The notes under the pieces are model-generated. The model was not told the DNA's origin. It made no database searches and saw nothing but the letters and a program-made list of their open reading frames with translations. A DNA stretch of 64,000 bases, taken from IMG/VR virus record IMGVR_UViG_3300036770_007283. The stretch is one strand, 5' to 3'. Source of the DNA: a virus. Taxonomy: Duplodnaviria; Caudoviricetes. Position numbers and translations under genes: made by a program. Of the stretch, positions 20,343-31,743 are shown piece after piece. Every line of letters starts with the position of its first letter. Within the stretch, counting starts at the first letter, position 1.

Positions 20343-20845
20343 TATTTCACCTCATATTCCAGCATATTTTCTAAAACTTCTATATTAACATTCTTGGTCA
20401 AAAACTTCTTATTAATACCTGTTGGGTCAAGTTCAATTACATATTGCCCAGGTAAAACCCTAGCCTCCCAATAACCTTCCGTATCTGTTTCCCTACTTTT
20501 AATAAGTATACCCTTAGGGTCGTAAACTTTAATATACACACCCTTCAATGGTTTTCTGGCCTGATTCTTTACCCTACCAAATAACTTTACCGTATGGGCA
20601 GCCTCTGATGTAGGCTTGCTTGGAGGCACCACGGCAGTTGCAGTAGGCATTGCTGGAACTGTTGCAGTGGGTACTGGTAGACTTGCTGCAACAGTCGGTA
20701 CTGGTACGGTTGCCATTTTAGATATTTTATTGTTTAATAATTTTATATTGCTATCAATATTTACAATTTCTTTTCTTAACTCTTTAACTTCATCAAGAAG
20801 CTCATAAATAACATCTATAGCAGATTGTTCACGATTCTTGCTCAT
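20342..20845 (-). CDS. Coiled coil + Pro/Ala/Thr linker + Ig-like (carboxypeptidase-regulatory-like) domain protein, 167 aa
   Basis: Heptad N-terminus, PVPTVAASLPVPTATVPAMPTATAVVPP linker, then LFGRVKNQARKPLKGVYIKVYD...TDTEGYW...PGQYVIEL. Confidence 0.6.
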   Translation of the reverse strand: MSKNREQSAIDVIYELLDEVKELRKEIVNIDSNIKLLNNKISKMATVPVPTVAASLPVPTATVPAMPTATAVVPPSKPTSEAAHTVKLFGRVKNQARKPLKGVYIKVYDPKGILIKSRETDTEGYWEARVLPGQYVIELDPTGINKKFLTKNVNIEVLENMLEYEVK

Positions 20846-23800
20846 GGTGTAATAAACCCAGTTCTATATGTATTCGATGCTTCCACTATATTATTAGTGG
20901 TTAAAGTTGGTGAATAGGAAAGCAAAACCACATTGCTATAATTTGTATTTGGTGCGGAATTAATTACAATATTGTTACTAATTATAACATTTCTTGTCTC
21001 TGATGCTGCTGACTCTGTAAACATGATGGCCCCCTTCTCCACGCCCATTCTATTTACCAGGCAGTTTGTAAAAAGTATGTTCCCCATTATTAAATTTGAA
21101 ATAGTGTTTAATGTTGCCGAATCTTGCTGGCCACAAAAAATAACAAATTCACCAACTTTATTTGGGTCTGGTATAGAGCCATCTATTGAAGTCGGACCAT
21201 CAAAATTAATATTTGAAAACTTATACATGGCGTTTGGCGATACACCAAGTCCGTCCTTAAACAAAGGTTGTGTTAAAGCAAAAACGCATCCAACCGCAAC
21301 AAGAAAGTCACTGGTCTTATATGTGAAATCAGAAAAAGATACCCCATGCTCAATAAAATCTGATTCTGTACTAGAACTTGAACCAATTAAAAATAAGGCA
21401 GTTGACATATCTACAGCCCTATCTACTAAGGACTCACCCACCCCTAATGTAGAACCCTTCTTCAAAATGGTGCCAGGACCAGAGCCCTTGATAGAAACAT
21501 CAAAGTCGATAACAATAGTCTCATCAATAACGTAAGTTCCATTTTCAATTAAAATAGTCGGTGGACTTATATTTGGAAACATTCTAGAAAATCTTTTGGA
21601 ATATTGAACAGCAGAATATAAATCTGTAAAATGAGAGTGTGCTATATTGTTAGATACCTTAATATCGCCCAAAACCTTTAAATCTAAATTATCAATAAAT
21701 AATCTAAGATCAATATTGGTCGTATTGATTGTATCATTTGATATCTCTGCAAGATAAGCAACATCTTCTTGGAAGAATGGTGAAATTGCATTTCCTGGAT
21801 TTGCAGGATCATTTATATATGAACCTACTACAACACATCCTTGCTTGTTAATTGCAACAATATATGTATAAGAAGAATTTACCCTAACATCTTCTATACC
21901 AGGAAACTCATACCTAATTCCATTAACGACTACCACTCCAGATGTAACGCTAAATATTTGATGGCCATCGTTAATATAAGCTTCATTAACTACCTTACAT
22001 CCCCTGATAATTCCGCTAGCCCTCAGCTCATTTCTAGGGCCTTCAATATATCTCTCTATAAAGGTAGTCCCTATAACTTTATGATCTACGGTACCTGTTA
22101 CCTTCTTATCAACCAAAGAAGGTATCCCTGGATCATTGGAAGTTCCTAAAATTCTACCTAGACCAGTTGAAAAAGCACCACGACATAACATATAGTTATT
22201 GCTACTTACTTCACCAAATCCATAAATAGTTGTAGATATTGATGTAGTAGGTAATGTACTGGCAGATACACTCAATGTTATAAAAGAAAATCCGTCATTT
22301 GCTAAAATATTATAGATTCCACTTGTTCCAACAAAAACTGGTTGGCCTGGCTGTAAGCTAAGATCAGTTAATGTTGCGTATCCTGCGGTATCTATATTAA
22401 GTGTTGCTGTCTCATCAGATAAGATAAATCCTTTTGAAACATCTGAAATAACTGCATAAAAAGAACCAGAAATAATACTGCCTTCTATTTCCAACCTTTT
22501 TGATTGAAAAATGTTTTTATTTTCATCCATAAAAACATCAAATAAGATGGTTCCATCAGCAGTTCCAATTTCTTCAAAAGTAAATTCATCTATTGGTGCC
22601 GTAACTCTAAGGATATGAAATACACTAGCATCATCTAGCTCTCCAAGGAATTGGGAACCTGCCAAATCAAAATAAACAATATCATTTGAAATAGATTTTA
22701 TTCTATAAGTTCCATCATCCGAAATTTCACTAGAACCAGCTATGGCCACCAAGTCACCTACCCTGGCTCCTAATTCAACAAATTTACCACTAAATAATTG
22801 TGCAGACAAACCACCTACTGTTAACTTTACATCTGCACCAGTTAAAGTTTTTACTACTCCAAAATTTTTAAGAATTGAGCCATTTAAAAATAAAGAAGCA
22901 CCAGAAGTTCCTTCGTAAGTAACGTCTAATATATCTGTAAATCCCAAGTCAGAAGTTCCATCATTAGATGGTGCTGCTGAAATCTTTATTGTTCTAAGCT
23001 TTACATCAGAAGATATGTTGGGGATATTATGAGAGATTGCCAGTTCTTGACAATTACTTATCTTAACTGGAAAAGCTGTAATGTTAAGATGCTGATCTAC
23101 TGACTGGTCATTTATTTTTTGAACAATAGAATCCAGTGATTGCTCTGCAATAGTTGAATTATAAGTTTCTAATGTAAAAGGTACTTCATCAATTTCAATT
23201 ATAAAATTATGATTTGTTGCAGTTATATTGCTGGGCTTTATATTTTTAGATATTATTGTTGCACAATCTGGATTTAAAATCTGAACATCTGGTGTATTTG
23301 TTTTGTTAGCACGTGGTCTAGTTACGGTAGCAAACCCTGCTGGATTATAACTAGTATATCCATTTTTATTTACTTTAATTGTTAAACCAGAAGTAGAAAT
23401 ATATTTGGGACCACCATAAACTTCAACTTCTTGTAAAAGTAGTCCAGACAACTTAACTGACTTTATTTGATAAGTTATATTATCTTCTTCATTACTGGAG
23501 CCAGATAAAGTTAACAAATCGTATTGGTTAATTTCGGCAATTGGTTCTTTTGGTGTTGATAAAATAAAGGTAGTTGTAGAACTGCCAGATGAATATAGAT
23601 AAGTTACAGATGTGATATCCAATAATAATTTAGAAAAGGTATTTGATTCAAATGCACTATTTACCTTACCATTTCTAACACGACCGTTGGATGCTAAATT
23701 TGTTAGGGTGTCTTTAAATGAAAAGTCTTCTAGATTGGCCAGGACCTCTACTGCACTTTGTAAATCATTAACAGTAGATAGCGGTGGTGTATTTGCATTA

Positions 23801-24426
23801 TCAAAAAATATTTGTGATGCTACATGTGAATTATTTATACTGGAGATATTAGCGCCGCTGTAATTAATATGAGAATTATAAATCTCTTGTAAAGTATTTT
23901 GTAGGGTATTAGATTCCAAATCTAATGTAGCAATATCAGATGGTATTGAATCAGCAGCATCAACTTTTATTGAATTTGCTTTGTGGCTATTTAAAGCATT
24001 TGGTTCTAAGTGTATAGCTAATCTAACAGAAAGATCCTCTATAGCTTGTTTTATAGAATCTATTTCTGAATCGAGTATAGATATTTCACTTTGTAGTAAT
24101 TGCGTTGGAAAATCTAATCTTAACTTGGACTCACGTATAGCAGCAACCTTGGAAACATCGGAATCAATAATTGGACCAGCCAGGACGTTTGCCCTATCCA
24201 GTGCTTCTTTTAGCAAGTTACCATTAGAATCTAGCGAAGTAGCTAACCTGTTAGAAAGCGTATTGCCAGTAGCACCCTGAGGATTTATGCCTAAAGTTTT
24301 TTCAATATTGAATATAGCAGAACGAAGGCTGTTGATAACATCAGAGCCTATTTCTGTAATATTATCTCTGACCGGTGGGATTTCTGTTGATGTATCTAGT
24401 TTTTGTGGATACTTAGAAGATGGCAT
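20842..24426 (-). CDS. Tail fibre/tailspike-like protein B with a C-terminal beta-helix-like region, 1194 aa
   Basis: Paralogue of 24426..28730. TILIENGTYVIDETIVIDFDVSIKGSGPGTILK is a typical entry into a pectin-lyase-like beta-helix. Confidence 0.65.
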   Translation of the reverse strand: MPSSKYPQKLDTSTEIPPVRDNITEIGSDVINSLRSAIFNIEKTLGINPQGATGNTLSNRLATSLDSNGNLLKEALDRANVLAGPIIDSDVSKVAAIRESKLRLDFPTQLLQSEISILDSEIDSIKQAIEDLSVRLAIHLEPNALNSHKANSIKVDAADSIPSDIATLDLESNTLQNTLQEIYNSHINYSGANISSINNSHVASQIFFDNANTPPLSTVNDLQSAVEVLANLEDFSFKDTLTNLASNGRVRNGKVNSAFESNTFSKLLLDITSVTYLYSSGSSTTTFILSTPKEPIAEINQYDLLTLSGSSNEEDNITYQIKSVKLSGLLLQEVEVYGGPKYISTSGLTIKVNKNGYTSYNPAGFATVTRPRANKTNTPDVQILNPDCATIISKNIKPSNITATNHNFIIEIDEVPFTLETYNSTIAEQSLDSIVQKINDQSVDQHLNITAFPVKISNCQELAISHNIPNISSDVKLRTIKISAAPSNDGTSDLGFTDILDVTYEGTSGASLFLNGSILKNFGVVKTLTGADVKLTVGGLSAQLFSGKFVELGARVGDLVAIAGSSEISDDGTYRIKSISNDIVYFDLAGSQFLGELDDASVFHILRVTAPIDEFTFEEIGTADGTILFDVFMDENKNIFQSKRLEIEGSIISGSFYAVISDVSKGFILSDETATLNIDTAGYATLTDLSLQPGQPVFVGTSGIYNILANDGFSFITLSVSASTLPTTSISTTIYGFGEVSSNNYMLCRGAFSTGLGRILGTSNDPGIPSLVDKKVTGTVDHKVIGTTFIERYIEGPRNELRASGIIRGCKVVNEAYINDGHQIFSVTSGVVVVNGIRYEFPGIEDVRVNSSYTYIVAINKQGCVVVGSYINDPANPGNAISPFFQEDVAYLAEISNDTINTTNIDLRLFIDNLDLKVLGDIKVSNNIAHSHFTDLYSAVQYSKRFSRMFPNISPPTILIENGTYVIDETIVIDFDVSIKGSGPGTILKKGSTLGVGESLVDRAVDMSTALFLIGSSSSTESDFIEHGVSFSDFTYKTSDFLVAVGCVFALTQPLFKDGLGVSPNAMYKFSNINFDGPTSIDGSIPDPNKVGEFVIFCGQQDSATLNTISNLIMGNILFTNCLVNRMGVEKGAIMFTESAASETRNVIISNNIVINSAPNTNYSNVVLLSYSPTLTTNNIVEASNTYRTGFITP

Positions 24427-27400
24427 TATAATAGTCCTAAAGCTTCTGAAATATTGTTAAATTCAAAGTAAGCCTTTATATAAAAGAAGTCTATGTAGCT
24501 TAAATCATTGTGACTTAACTCTATGAAATAAAAGCTGTCGTCTGAAATAATCTCGTCAACCCCGGTGAAGTTGACGATGTTTAAAGCACCACTAACTACA
24601 GCACCTGTGCTAATAGTATTTGTGTAATGGTTTACTTTGATGTTTATGGGTGGTAATGAAGGCGAAGTCTTAAAAATACTGCTTAATGTTGCTGTTATTA
24701 AAGTATTTGGACTTAGCTTGAGTCCTACCATGAAATTAGTTAATTTACATCCAGCAGGTAGACGATCTAAGATTAGAGAAGTAGATTGACCTACTGGTGT
24801 CCTAGATGCTGTTAGTGTATAAGAGTAAGCGCCGACCGACAGAGATGACTGAGCGTGTGTTGCGGTAGATGAAGTTAAACCATCAGTAACACTTACACAA
24901 TTTGAGAATCTATATGTTTGTGAGAATGACTTCGTTGTTAGATAACTAAAATCATCCTCTGTTCTAACCAACCCCTTAGCATAAAGGTTTGAGTTTGCAT
25001 GTATAATTCCACCAACACGTAAGTCTTTACTAATCCTATCGGACCAAGAACCCAAACCAGAATAAATTGAAGGTCTAGAACCATCTGCCGTCGCCACAGT
25101 TCCTGTTGCTGTATTTCCTGAAATGGTAATATTTGAACCAGAATCTGCGCTGTTAAAAGTAACTATATCGATATTTATTAATGATGTTGTACTGGACTCT
25201 GCAACAAATCTGTTGTTTGTTATAGATATGTTTTTGGTTTCATTTGCAGATGAAAAGATGATTGCAGAGCCAGATGTATCTGCAGGATCTGTTATAAAGC
25301 TACAATTACTGATTGATAAATTACCCTTGCTTGTAGTTGTATCATCAAATTCTACTGACAATATAGAACTAAATTTAAATGATGCATCTATAGGATTTGG
25401 TGATTCAAAGTTTTGATGATCAAAAGTAATGTTGTCTATTGATATTAAAAATGGCAAATTGTCTGAACCATCTTTTATGTTTAAGTCAAAGCAAGTAATC
25501 TTTGAGTTATTCATTTTGAAGTTACTAAAGGTATAATTTCCCTTGTCTATTTTTTCAATAGGTACCGTATGCGATGCAAAACCTTTTCCGCACAATATAA
25601 AGGTTCCCTTGTATGTATAGGTTACATCTGTATAGATGTATTTGTTTCTTAACACAACCTCGGTAGAATCACCCTCGCCATATATAGAAACAGGAAAGTC
25701 TATTACCAGGCCGGCCTTTGCTAGGGCATCTACCAGCTCAGTGGTTGTTGTTATTGATGATTGCGAGGCCCAATCCGCATAAGATAGGTTTGGTTCAAAA
25801 ACTACCTCTACATTATGGGTTCCTGATTTTAGATGAATAGCAGGAACACCAGCCTTGGGAAATAAAGATGAAAATCTTTTTGCATATTTAACAGCTTCGC
25901 CTAATTCTGAAAAATGACCCATTCCTATTTGCGGACTAACTGTTATTGAGTTTAGTAATTTTAAGTCCAAGTTATCAACAAATAACCTGAGGTCTATATT
26001 ATAGATACTAGTTCCATCCCACTCCAAAGTGGCTAATGGACAAGCTTCTAGATATTCTAACGGACTTAAACAACTTGGGGTTGATGATTCTACAATTATT
26101 TGGCCATCTTCATTTACATAAATAAATATTTTGTCAATAACAGCAGAATCTATATGTGTTATAAAATTTGTAGTCTTTGGAATTTTTATTCTTTTTCCTC
26201 TAACATAGCAAGTTCCGCTTTCTATGTTGAATGTAAAGTATCCAGAAGTTAAAACCGGGCTTGTTATTTCCAAACCATTAACTACACCATTAGATCTTAA
26301 CTCAGCCCTTGGTTTATTTAAAAGGTTTTCCTTAGCACTGGTAGATAAATCATTTTCACTGATCAAACCAAAATCTGTTTTCTTAATTGCTCTTGAAGAA
26401 TATTCATAACCAACAATGCTTCCATTGCCAGTATAGTTGTTGTATGGAAACCTAGCTATTTTTAAATTACTATCCGTGTTTAATCCATCAAAACCATACA
26501 ACGTCATATTTATTTCTGTTGACAACATAGATGTTATTTTAGAGACAACATCTGCAACGCTAGGTATATAAAATTTAAACCTTAGATCTTTTATTCCAGA
26601 AGTAATCCAAAAGTAATTATTGTCACCATAAACATCTACTTCTTTACCACCATCAAGTGAAAGTGTAATGAAGTCTATATTATTCTTTATGTTTAAAGTA
26701 AAGTTTTCTTCAGTAAGTTCACCATCAAAATCTAACAAGGTAATCAAGGACTTTATTCCAAATAATAAAACCGTATACTCTACCCTTTTATCTGCAACTA
26801 AGTCCCGGTCTTCGTTTAAGAAGATGTCAAATAGCGAACCACCAAAGGTGCTGGATACTTTATCAAAAGTATAATTATCTAGATTATAGGTGTTAGAAAA
26901 TACCTTAAAGTTTGTTAAATCATCTGAGGAGCCCAAGAACCCTGATGGTAGCTGGGCAGCAGAAATAGTTAACTGGTTACTAGATACTGATTGTATAACA
27001 TAAGTTCCATTATCATTACTATTAGTTGCGTTGGTAATGATCAAAAGATCTTGATTTTTAATACCTCTTTTTAAGAAGTCAACTTGTTGATCTGTATTGG
27101 TCACAATATTAGATAGTGATAAAAAGATGAGTGAATTACTATCTAGCTTGGACTTTAATCCAGTAAAAGGTTTACCACCAATATAATATTGCGTTCCAAA
27201 TTTAGAATAGACAGGTAAATCTTCAACATGAGAAAATCCGCAAGAATCAATAGCATCATCTGAACCTCTAGATATTGTAATGTAATGACTTACAGTGTCT
27301 GTATCTGGCAAGTTATATACTATTGCTATTTCTGGCTGTAAATCTTCATAAAAAACCTTATAAGCCAAAAAATCATAAGCACCTTCTGCACATTGCTCGT

Positions 27401-28730
27401 TGATCCGACTAATGATAGATTCTAGTGTTTGTGTAGTTACTGAATTATTGTACAGATCTAGAATAATTGTTGTGCCACCATCAATTGAAATATTTATATA
27501 TCTATTTGATACCGAAATATTGTATGGATTAATTCCCTTTGTAATTACGCTGACAGCATTTGGATTAGCTAACTGTACAGTTCTGGCAGAAGTAAGTGTT
27601 GCTTCTTCTCTAGCGGTAGCCAATAGTGCTGCTTCGTTTGTTTTGACTTTTGTATTTTTAGTGATTTTAATTACAGTATTGGCAGTTGAGTTTTCAGAAA
27701 AATTACCAATTACAGTTACTGTATTTAATATGTTAGATGTTTTTGAAAATCTTATTATTTCAAAACTTCCAATATATGATGCACCACTATTTGAAGTATC
27801 AGATATAGTAACAATGTCTGATTTTTCTAGATAAAAATTAGATATATCTACTGTATCATTTAAAGTTATTAAAACTTCATTATATTCATTGTTTAAAGAT
27901 TTAGAGAAAGAAGCAGAGGCAGATTCTACTAGAACCTTACCAATAGATGCATTTAATGGTGTGTTTATATTTCCAACTCTAAGAATTCCATTAGAATGCA
28001 TTAAATCCTGATGCTCTATGACCGAGGCATCAAGGTTAGAAGCTAAGTCTTCTATGGCATCTTGAACATTTATATTTTTTATAACGCTAGAGACGTTAGT
28101 ATTATCAAAATAAACTTGAGATGCTAAGTGAGAATTATTTTCTGAAGATATATTGAGACCGGTATAATTAATGTGGGCATCGATAATATCTTCAAAAGCA
28201 GATTGCACGGTCCCAGATGCCAAATTTTTTATAGCAACATCATCACCATTAGCAATGTAACTTGAAATGCTTATTGATTTAGCGGGGTGTCTATTTAAAG
28301 AACCTGGATATATGTGTAAAGATAGTTCTGTTGATAGTGTAGAAATTTGTGAAATAATATCATCAAGTGTACTATTTAAAATAGAAATTTCATTTTGAAG
28401 AAGCTGGGTAGGAAAATCTAGTTTAAGTTTAGATTCTTGAATAGCTGCAACTTTGGAAACATCGGCATCAATAATTGGGCCAGTTAGAATATTTGCATTA
28501 GATAATGCTTCTGACTTTATATTACCGTTTGAGTCCAGTGACTTATTTAATCTTTCAGAAAGTGTATTGCCAACAGCTCCCTGTGGATTTATACCTAAAG
28601 TTTTTTCAATGTTGAATATAGCAGACCGAAGGCTATTAATAACATCAGAACCCACTTCAAGTATATTATCCCTAACAGGCTGTATTTCAATAGAAGTATC
28701 TAGCTGTTGCGGATATTTTGATTTTGGCAT
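24426..28730 (-). CDS. Tail fibre/tailspike-like protein A, 1434 aa
   Basis: Its N-terminus is nearly identical to that of 20842..24426. AIHLKSGTHNV...PVSIYGEGDST is a beta-helix entry, and there is an extra C-terminal domain. TAATG overlap with the paralogue. Confidence 0.65.
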   Translation of the reverse strand: MPKSKYPQQLDTSIEIQPVRDNILEVGSDVINSLRSAIFNIEKTLGINPQGAVGNTLSERLNKSLDSNGNIKSEALSNANILTGPIIDADVSKVAAIQESKLKLDFPTQLLQNEISILNSTLDDIISQISTLSTELSLHIYPGSLNRHPAKSISISSYIANGDDVAIKNLASGTVQSAFEDIIDAHINYTGLNISSENNSHLASQVYFDNTNVSSVIKNINVQDAIEDLASNLDASVIEHQDLMHSNGILRVGNINTPLNASIGKVLVESASASFSKSLNNEYNEVLITLNDTVDISNFYLEKSDIVTISDTSNSGASYIGSFEIIRFSKTSNILNTVTVIGNFSENSTANTVIKITKNTKVKTNEAALLATAREEATLTSARTVQLANPNAVSVITKGINPYNISVSNRYINISIDGGTTIILDLYNNSVTTQTLESIISRINEQCAEGAYDFLAYKVFYEDLQPEIAIVYNLPDTDTVSHYITISRGSDDAIDSCGFSHVEDLPVYSKFGTQYYIGGKPFTGLKSKLDSNSLIFLSLSNIVTNTDQQVDFLKRGIKNQDLLIITNATNSNDNGTYVIQSVSSNQLTISAAQLPSGFLGSSDDLTNFKVFSNTYNLDNYTFDKVSSTFGGSLFDIFLNEDRDLVADKRVEYTVLLFGIKSLITLLDFDGELTEENFTLNIKNNIDFITLSLDGGKEVDVYGDNNYFWITSGIKDLRFKFYIPSVADVVSKITSMLSTEINMTLYGFDGLNTDSNLKIARFPYNNYTGNGSIVGYEYSSRAIKKTDFGLISENDLSTSAKENLLNKPRAELRSNGVVNGLEITSPVLTSGYFTFNIESGTCYVRGKRIKIPKTTNFITHIDSAVIDKIFIYVNEDGQIIVESSTPSCLSPLEYLEACPLATLEWDGTSIYNIDLRLFVDNLDLKLLNSITVSPQIGMGHFSELGEAVKYAKRFSSLFPKAGVPAIHLKSGTHNVEVVFEPNLSYADWASQSSITTTTELVDALAKAGLVIDFPVSIYGEGDSTEVVLRNKYIYTDVTYTYKGTFILCGKGFASHTVPIEKIDKGNYTFSNFKMNNSKITCFDLNIKDGSDNLPFLISIDNITFDHQNFESPNPIDASFKFSSILSVEFDDTTTSKGNLSISNCSFITDPADTSGSAIIFSSANETKNISITNNRFVAESSTTSLINIDIVTFNSADSGSNITISGNTATGTVATADGSRPSIYSGLGSWSDRISKDLRVGGIIHANSNLYAKGLVRTEDDFSYLTTKSFSQTYRFSNCVSVTDGLTSSTATHAQSSLSVGAYSYTLTASRTPVGQSTSLILDRLPAGCKLTNFMVGLKLSPNTLITATLSSIFKTSPSLPPINIKVNHYTNTISTGAVVSGALNIVNFTGVDEIISDDSFYFIELSHNDLSYIDFFYIKAYFEFNNISEALGLL

Positions 28731-28762
28731 TATTTCCTCTAAAACTATCTTTAACTTTAGTA

Positions 28763-29065
28763 TTAATTATTCTTATTCTTTGGTATCGCCACAGTTTCGT
28801 CCAACATGTTTTTTTGACCTGCCGAATCTTCATTAGTAAGGAGTGACTTAATTCTTTCTTTATCTAACTCTATGGTTTGCTCTTTACAATCTTCAAACTC
28901 TAAATATTGTTCATGATTGCTTTTGCTATTTTTAATAATATTTAAGGCCTCACTAATTGTCTGCCTATCATCTGAATAATTTAAGCTTAGATTGGCAACT
29001 TTTTTAAGTAATTTTGTATTACCTACCTTTAGGTAATCCATAAGCCAGATTAATTGTTTGGACAT
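28763..29065 (-). CDS. Hypothetical protein, 100 aa
   Basis: ORF fills the operon gap, with an AGG-type RBS upstream. Confidence 0.6.
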   Translation of the reverse strand: MSKQLIWLMDYLKVGNTKLLKKVANLSLNYSDDRQTISEALNIIKNSKSNHEQYLEFEDCKEQTIELDKERIKSLLTNEDSAGQKNMLDETVAIPKNKNN

Positions 29066-29074
29066 TTTTAAACC

Positions 29075-29668
29075 TTATTGAAATTTTTCCATTTGAGGTA
29101 TTCTTTTTCTAGTACGGGATACTTTCTTGGTACCCTCTAGTAGAGATTGTGCATTAACTTGAACTGGCTTTAATGCTTCGCTAACAACTTCCTCTACCTT
29201 AGAACCAGTAGACTTAGCAACATCTTTAACCACATCCTTAATTACATCTTGGGCCATATCAGAAACTACTTCAGATACCAAGCTTTGAATAGGTTGTGGT
29301 GAGCTTTCTTCCATAACTGCAGCAGGGATTGATTCTAAGCTTGATAGTGGTTTTTCAAATTCATCAGTTTTTTCCAAATCTGATTCGCTAGATGGGACGG
29401 TTAGTTGCCTTTGTAACACCGTATTTTCTGCATCTGTTTTGTATTTTCTATCAGTCCATCTTCTAGAAACATAAGCTGTAAAAGTAGAGCCAAGATAAAT
29501 TGCCATAATGGAGCCATCTAAGGCTTGAAAAGTTACAGAATAATTATCAACAGCGACGGTCCCGAATGTTGATAAAAATACATTCAAAGTTACAATTAAA
29601 AAAGAGAAAGCTGCAAATGTTAACATTGCATCTTTTTTACCGTTTGTATTTTTTAACCACATAATCAC
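29075..29668 (-). CDS. Two-TM membrane protein, holin-like candidate, 197 aa
   Basis: Hydrophobic segments MLTFAAFSFLIVTLNVFL and IMAIYLGSTFTAYV, then a charged tail. GGAG RBS. Confidence 0.5.
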   Translation of the reverse strand: MIMWLKNTNGKKDAMLTFAAFSFLIVTLNVFLSTFGTVAVDNYSVTFQALDGSIMAIYLGSTFTAYVSRRWTDRKYKTDAENTVLQRQLTVPSSESDLEKTDEFEKPLSSLESIPAAVMEESSPQPIQSLVSEVVSDMAQDVIKDVVKDVAKSTGSKVEEVVSEALKPVQVNAQSLLEGTKKVSRTRKRIPQMEKFQ

Positions 29669-29670
29669 TC

Positions 29671-31707
29671 CTATTTATCAATATTAATTTTTTGCAAATC
29701 TAATGGATAAGTATAAATTATATCAGTCTTATCCATTCTCTTTAAAGATACTTTCTGTCTACCAAATTTTCTGTTAAATATTTTTTCTCTAGAAACATTT
29801 AATACTTCATATATAAATTCAATATCATTTGTAAAATCGAACCTGACTATTAAATCTCTATCTCGTATGGTTGGTGTAGCCAAAGTCCAAATGTGCGGAT
29901 CGAAATTTTGACTTAAGTTATCTTTATCACCATACTTAACATTTTCAGGTGATTCATCAAATGATACTAAAATCCTTCTATCATTTCTTCTTGGATACAT
30001 ATATTGAAGATAACCACCCTCGTAACCGGTGCCATAACAATCCTGACAAGATCTAATTTTAGGGCTAACTTTTCTAGCATTCATGCAACTACAAGTGACC
30101 CCGTCCCAGATTCTCTTCAAAAGAACAACTGGTTCACCCGTAGTTTGTAGCAAAACTTCTTCACGACCCAACATTCTATCGTATAAATTAAAACCTCTAA
30201 ATCCGTTATATTCTCCGCCTAAATAGCTTCCACAGTCACGCTTTCCAGTTAATGTATTAATAGGTTGCTCATCACGCCAACTACAATAATCAAAACCCTC
30301 AAAGCTTTCTTTATCTACATCGTTATAATCTGTGACCACCACACCAATACCTTTAATAAACCTATCAATCTTTTCATCACCTTGGTGGGTTGGTGTTCCG
30401 GCGATTATAACAGTATTTCTATCAGTACATTCTAAAAATAATTTAACACTATCACCAACAACATAAGGTACTGGCTTACTACCCAATAAAGCCCGACCAT
30501 TAGAAGGAATATTGAAAATATTGTTTGTACGATCTATTGAAGTATATCTAATTGCTTCTTTGCCAATCAATATTATTCCAGCATTTGGATAACCTGTTGT
30601 AGAATTTACCTTAATTTTTAAACTACCAGGATTGACGGCCTCTACCACTTCAACCGAAGATGGGATTCTATAAAAATCAGGTGAGACAATCTCCATACCC
30701 GTAGGGTCTAAGATGCCAATTGGAAACTCTAATGCTCTAGCGCCAAAAGAAAGTGTATCGCCAGTTTTTAAACCAGGAACTTTGCTTTCTAAAACATCTG
30801 AAGTAGAGATGTAAGTTGGAGAATCAAACACCTTTAATCTATAATCACTTTGGTAAACAAGAACATAGGCTTGATTTTGATAGGTTCTTTTTATAGGCTT
30901 ATTCCATCTTAACTCAAGCGTAGAGCCATCACCAATATCAGTTACCTTCTGAATACCTTGGAAAAAGCCAAGGAACTCTATCTGGGGAAAGGTTAATGGT
31001 AAAACCTCTTCTTTTTTATTTACTTCAAAATCTATGAATGAGGATAAAGTATTTCCTAACAAATCTGAAGCTTTAAAAGATAATTTATATTTTCCATTTT
31101 TAAGTGCTTCCAAGGGATCCACCCTGGCGGTTACAGTAGTACCGCTAGTAACCACCTCTGAAAAGCCACCATTATAATTGGTAACAATAACACCATTATC
31201 AATGTATTTTAATCCATTTATCAATACAGTGATGGAGCTAGGATCTACACCCTCCACAATATCTTCAAATTCTAAAGATAAAATTTGTGGTGTTGTCAAA
31301 ATATCTTTGTTTTTTGGACTGCTATCTAGAAGGATGGGTTCTTTTGGTACCGTCTTGAAGGCATAGTTAAAGTTGAAAAATTTAGGATTTATACCTTGTT
31401 GTATTTCTATGTCTTCTAACTTTTCTTTGCACTGTACTTTTACTTCATACACACCACCTAATGAAAGTGGCAAAACTGGCTCTATTATGATAGTATATGT
31501 ATTATCAGCATAAGTAAGGGAGGAGCTTGGACCATTATAAGCTTGACTAAATATAGAGTTTTTAATTGCTTCAACACCAGAAATAAGAACTGTAATACTA
31601 TTTGGGTCAACTATTGTTTCATCTTCTAAAATAGATAACTCTATTAATGTATTAGGTGAAACTAATTTCTCTCCTGGTGATGGTGACTGACCGGTTAAGG
31701 TAATCAT
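29671..31707 (-). CDS. Neck/head-closure protein fused to N-terminal Ig-like domains, 678 aa
   Basis: Two repeats (SP.P....VDP.SITVLI.G) and an FN3-like LELRWNKP. The C-terminal GEPVVLLKRIW..CSC...CQDCYGTGYEGGY...WTLATPTIRDRDLIV is head-closure-like. Confidence 0.55.
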   Translation of the reverse strand: MITLTGQSPSPGEKLVSPNTLIELSILEDETIVDPNSITVLISGVEAIKNSIFSQAYNGPSSSLTYADNTYTIIIEPVLPLSLGGVYEVKVQCKEKLEDIEIQQGINPKFFNFNYAFKTVPKEPILLDSSPKNKDILTTPQILSLEFEDIVEGVDPSSITVLINGLKYIDNGVIVTNYNGGFSEVVTSGTTVTARVDPLEALKNGKYKLSFKASDLLGNTLSSFIDFEVNKKEEVLPLTFPQIEFLGFFQGIQKVTDIGDGSTLELRWNKPIKRTYQNQAYVLVYQSDYRLKVFDSPTYISTSDVLESKVPGLKTGDTLSFGARALEFPIGILDPTGMEIVSPDFYRIPSSVEVVEAVNPGSLKIKVNSTTGYPNAGIILIGKEAIRYTSIDRTNNIFNIPSNGRALLGSKPVPYVVGDSVKLFLECTDRNTVIIAGTPTHQGDEKIDRFIKGIGVVVTDYNDVDKESFEGFDYCSWRDEQPINTLTGKRDCGSYLGGEYNGFRGFNLYDRMLGREEVLLQTTGEPVVLLKRIWDGVTCSCMNARKVSPKIRSCQDCYGTGYEGGYLQYMYPRRNDRRILVSFDESPENVKYGDKDNLSQNFDPHIWTLATPTIRDRDLIVRFDFTNDIEFIYEVLNVSREKIFNRKFGRQKVSLKRMDKTDIIYTYPLDLQKINIDK

Positions 31708-31743
31708 ATTAGCTCCTCTATGTTATAGAAAAACTAATAATAG

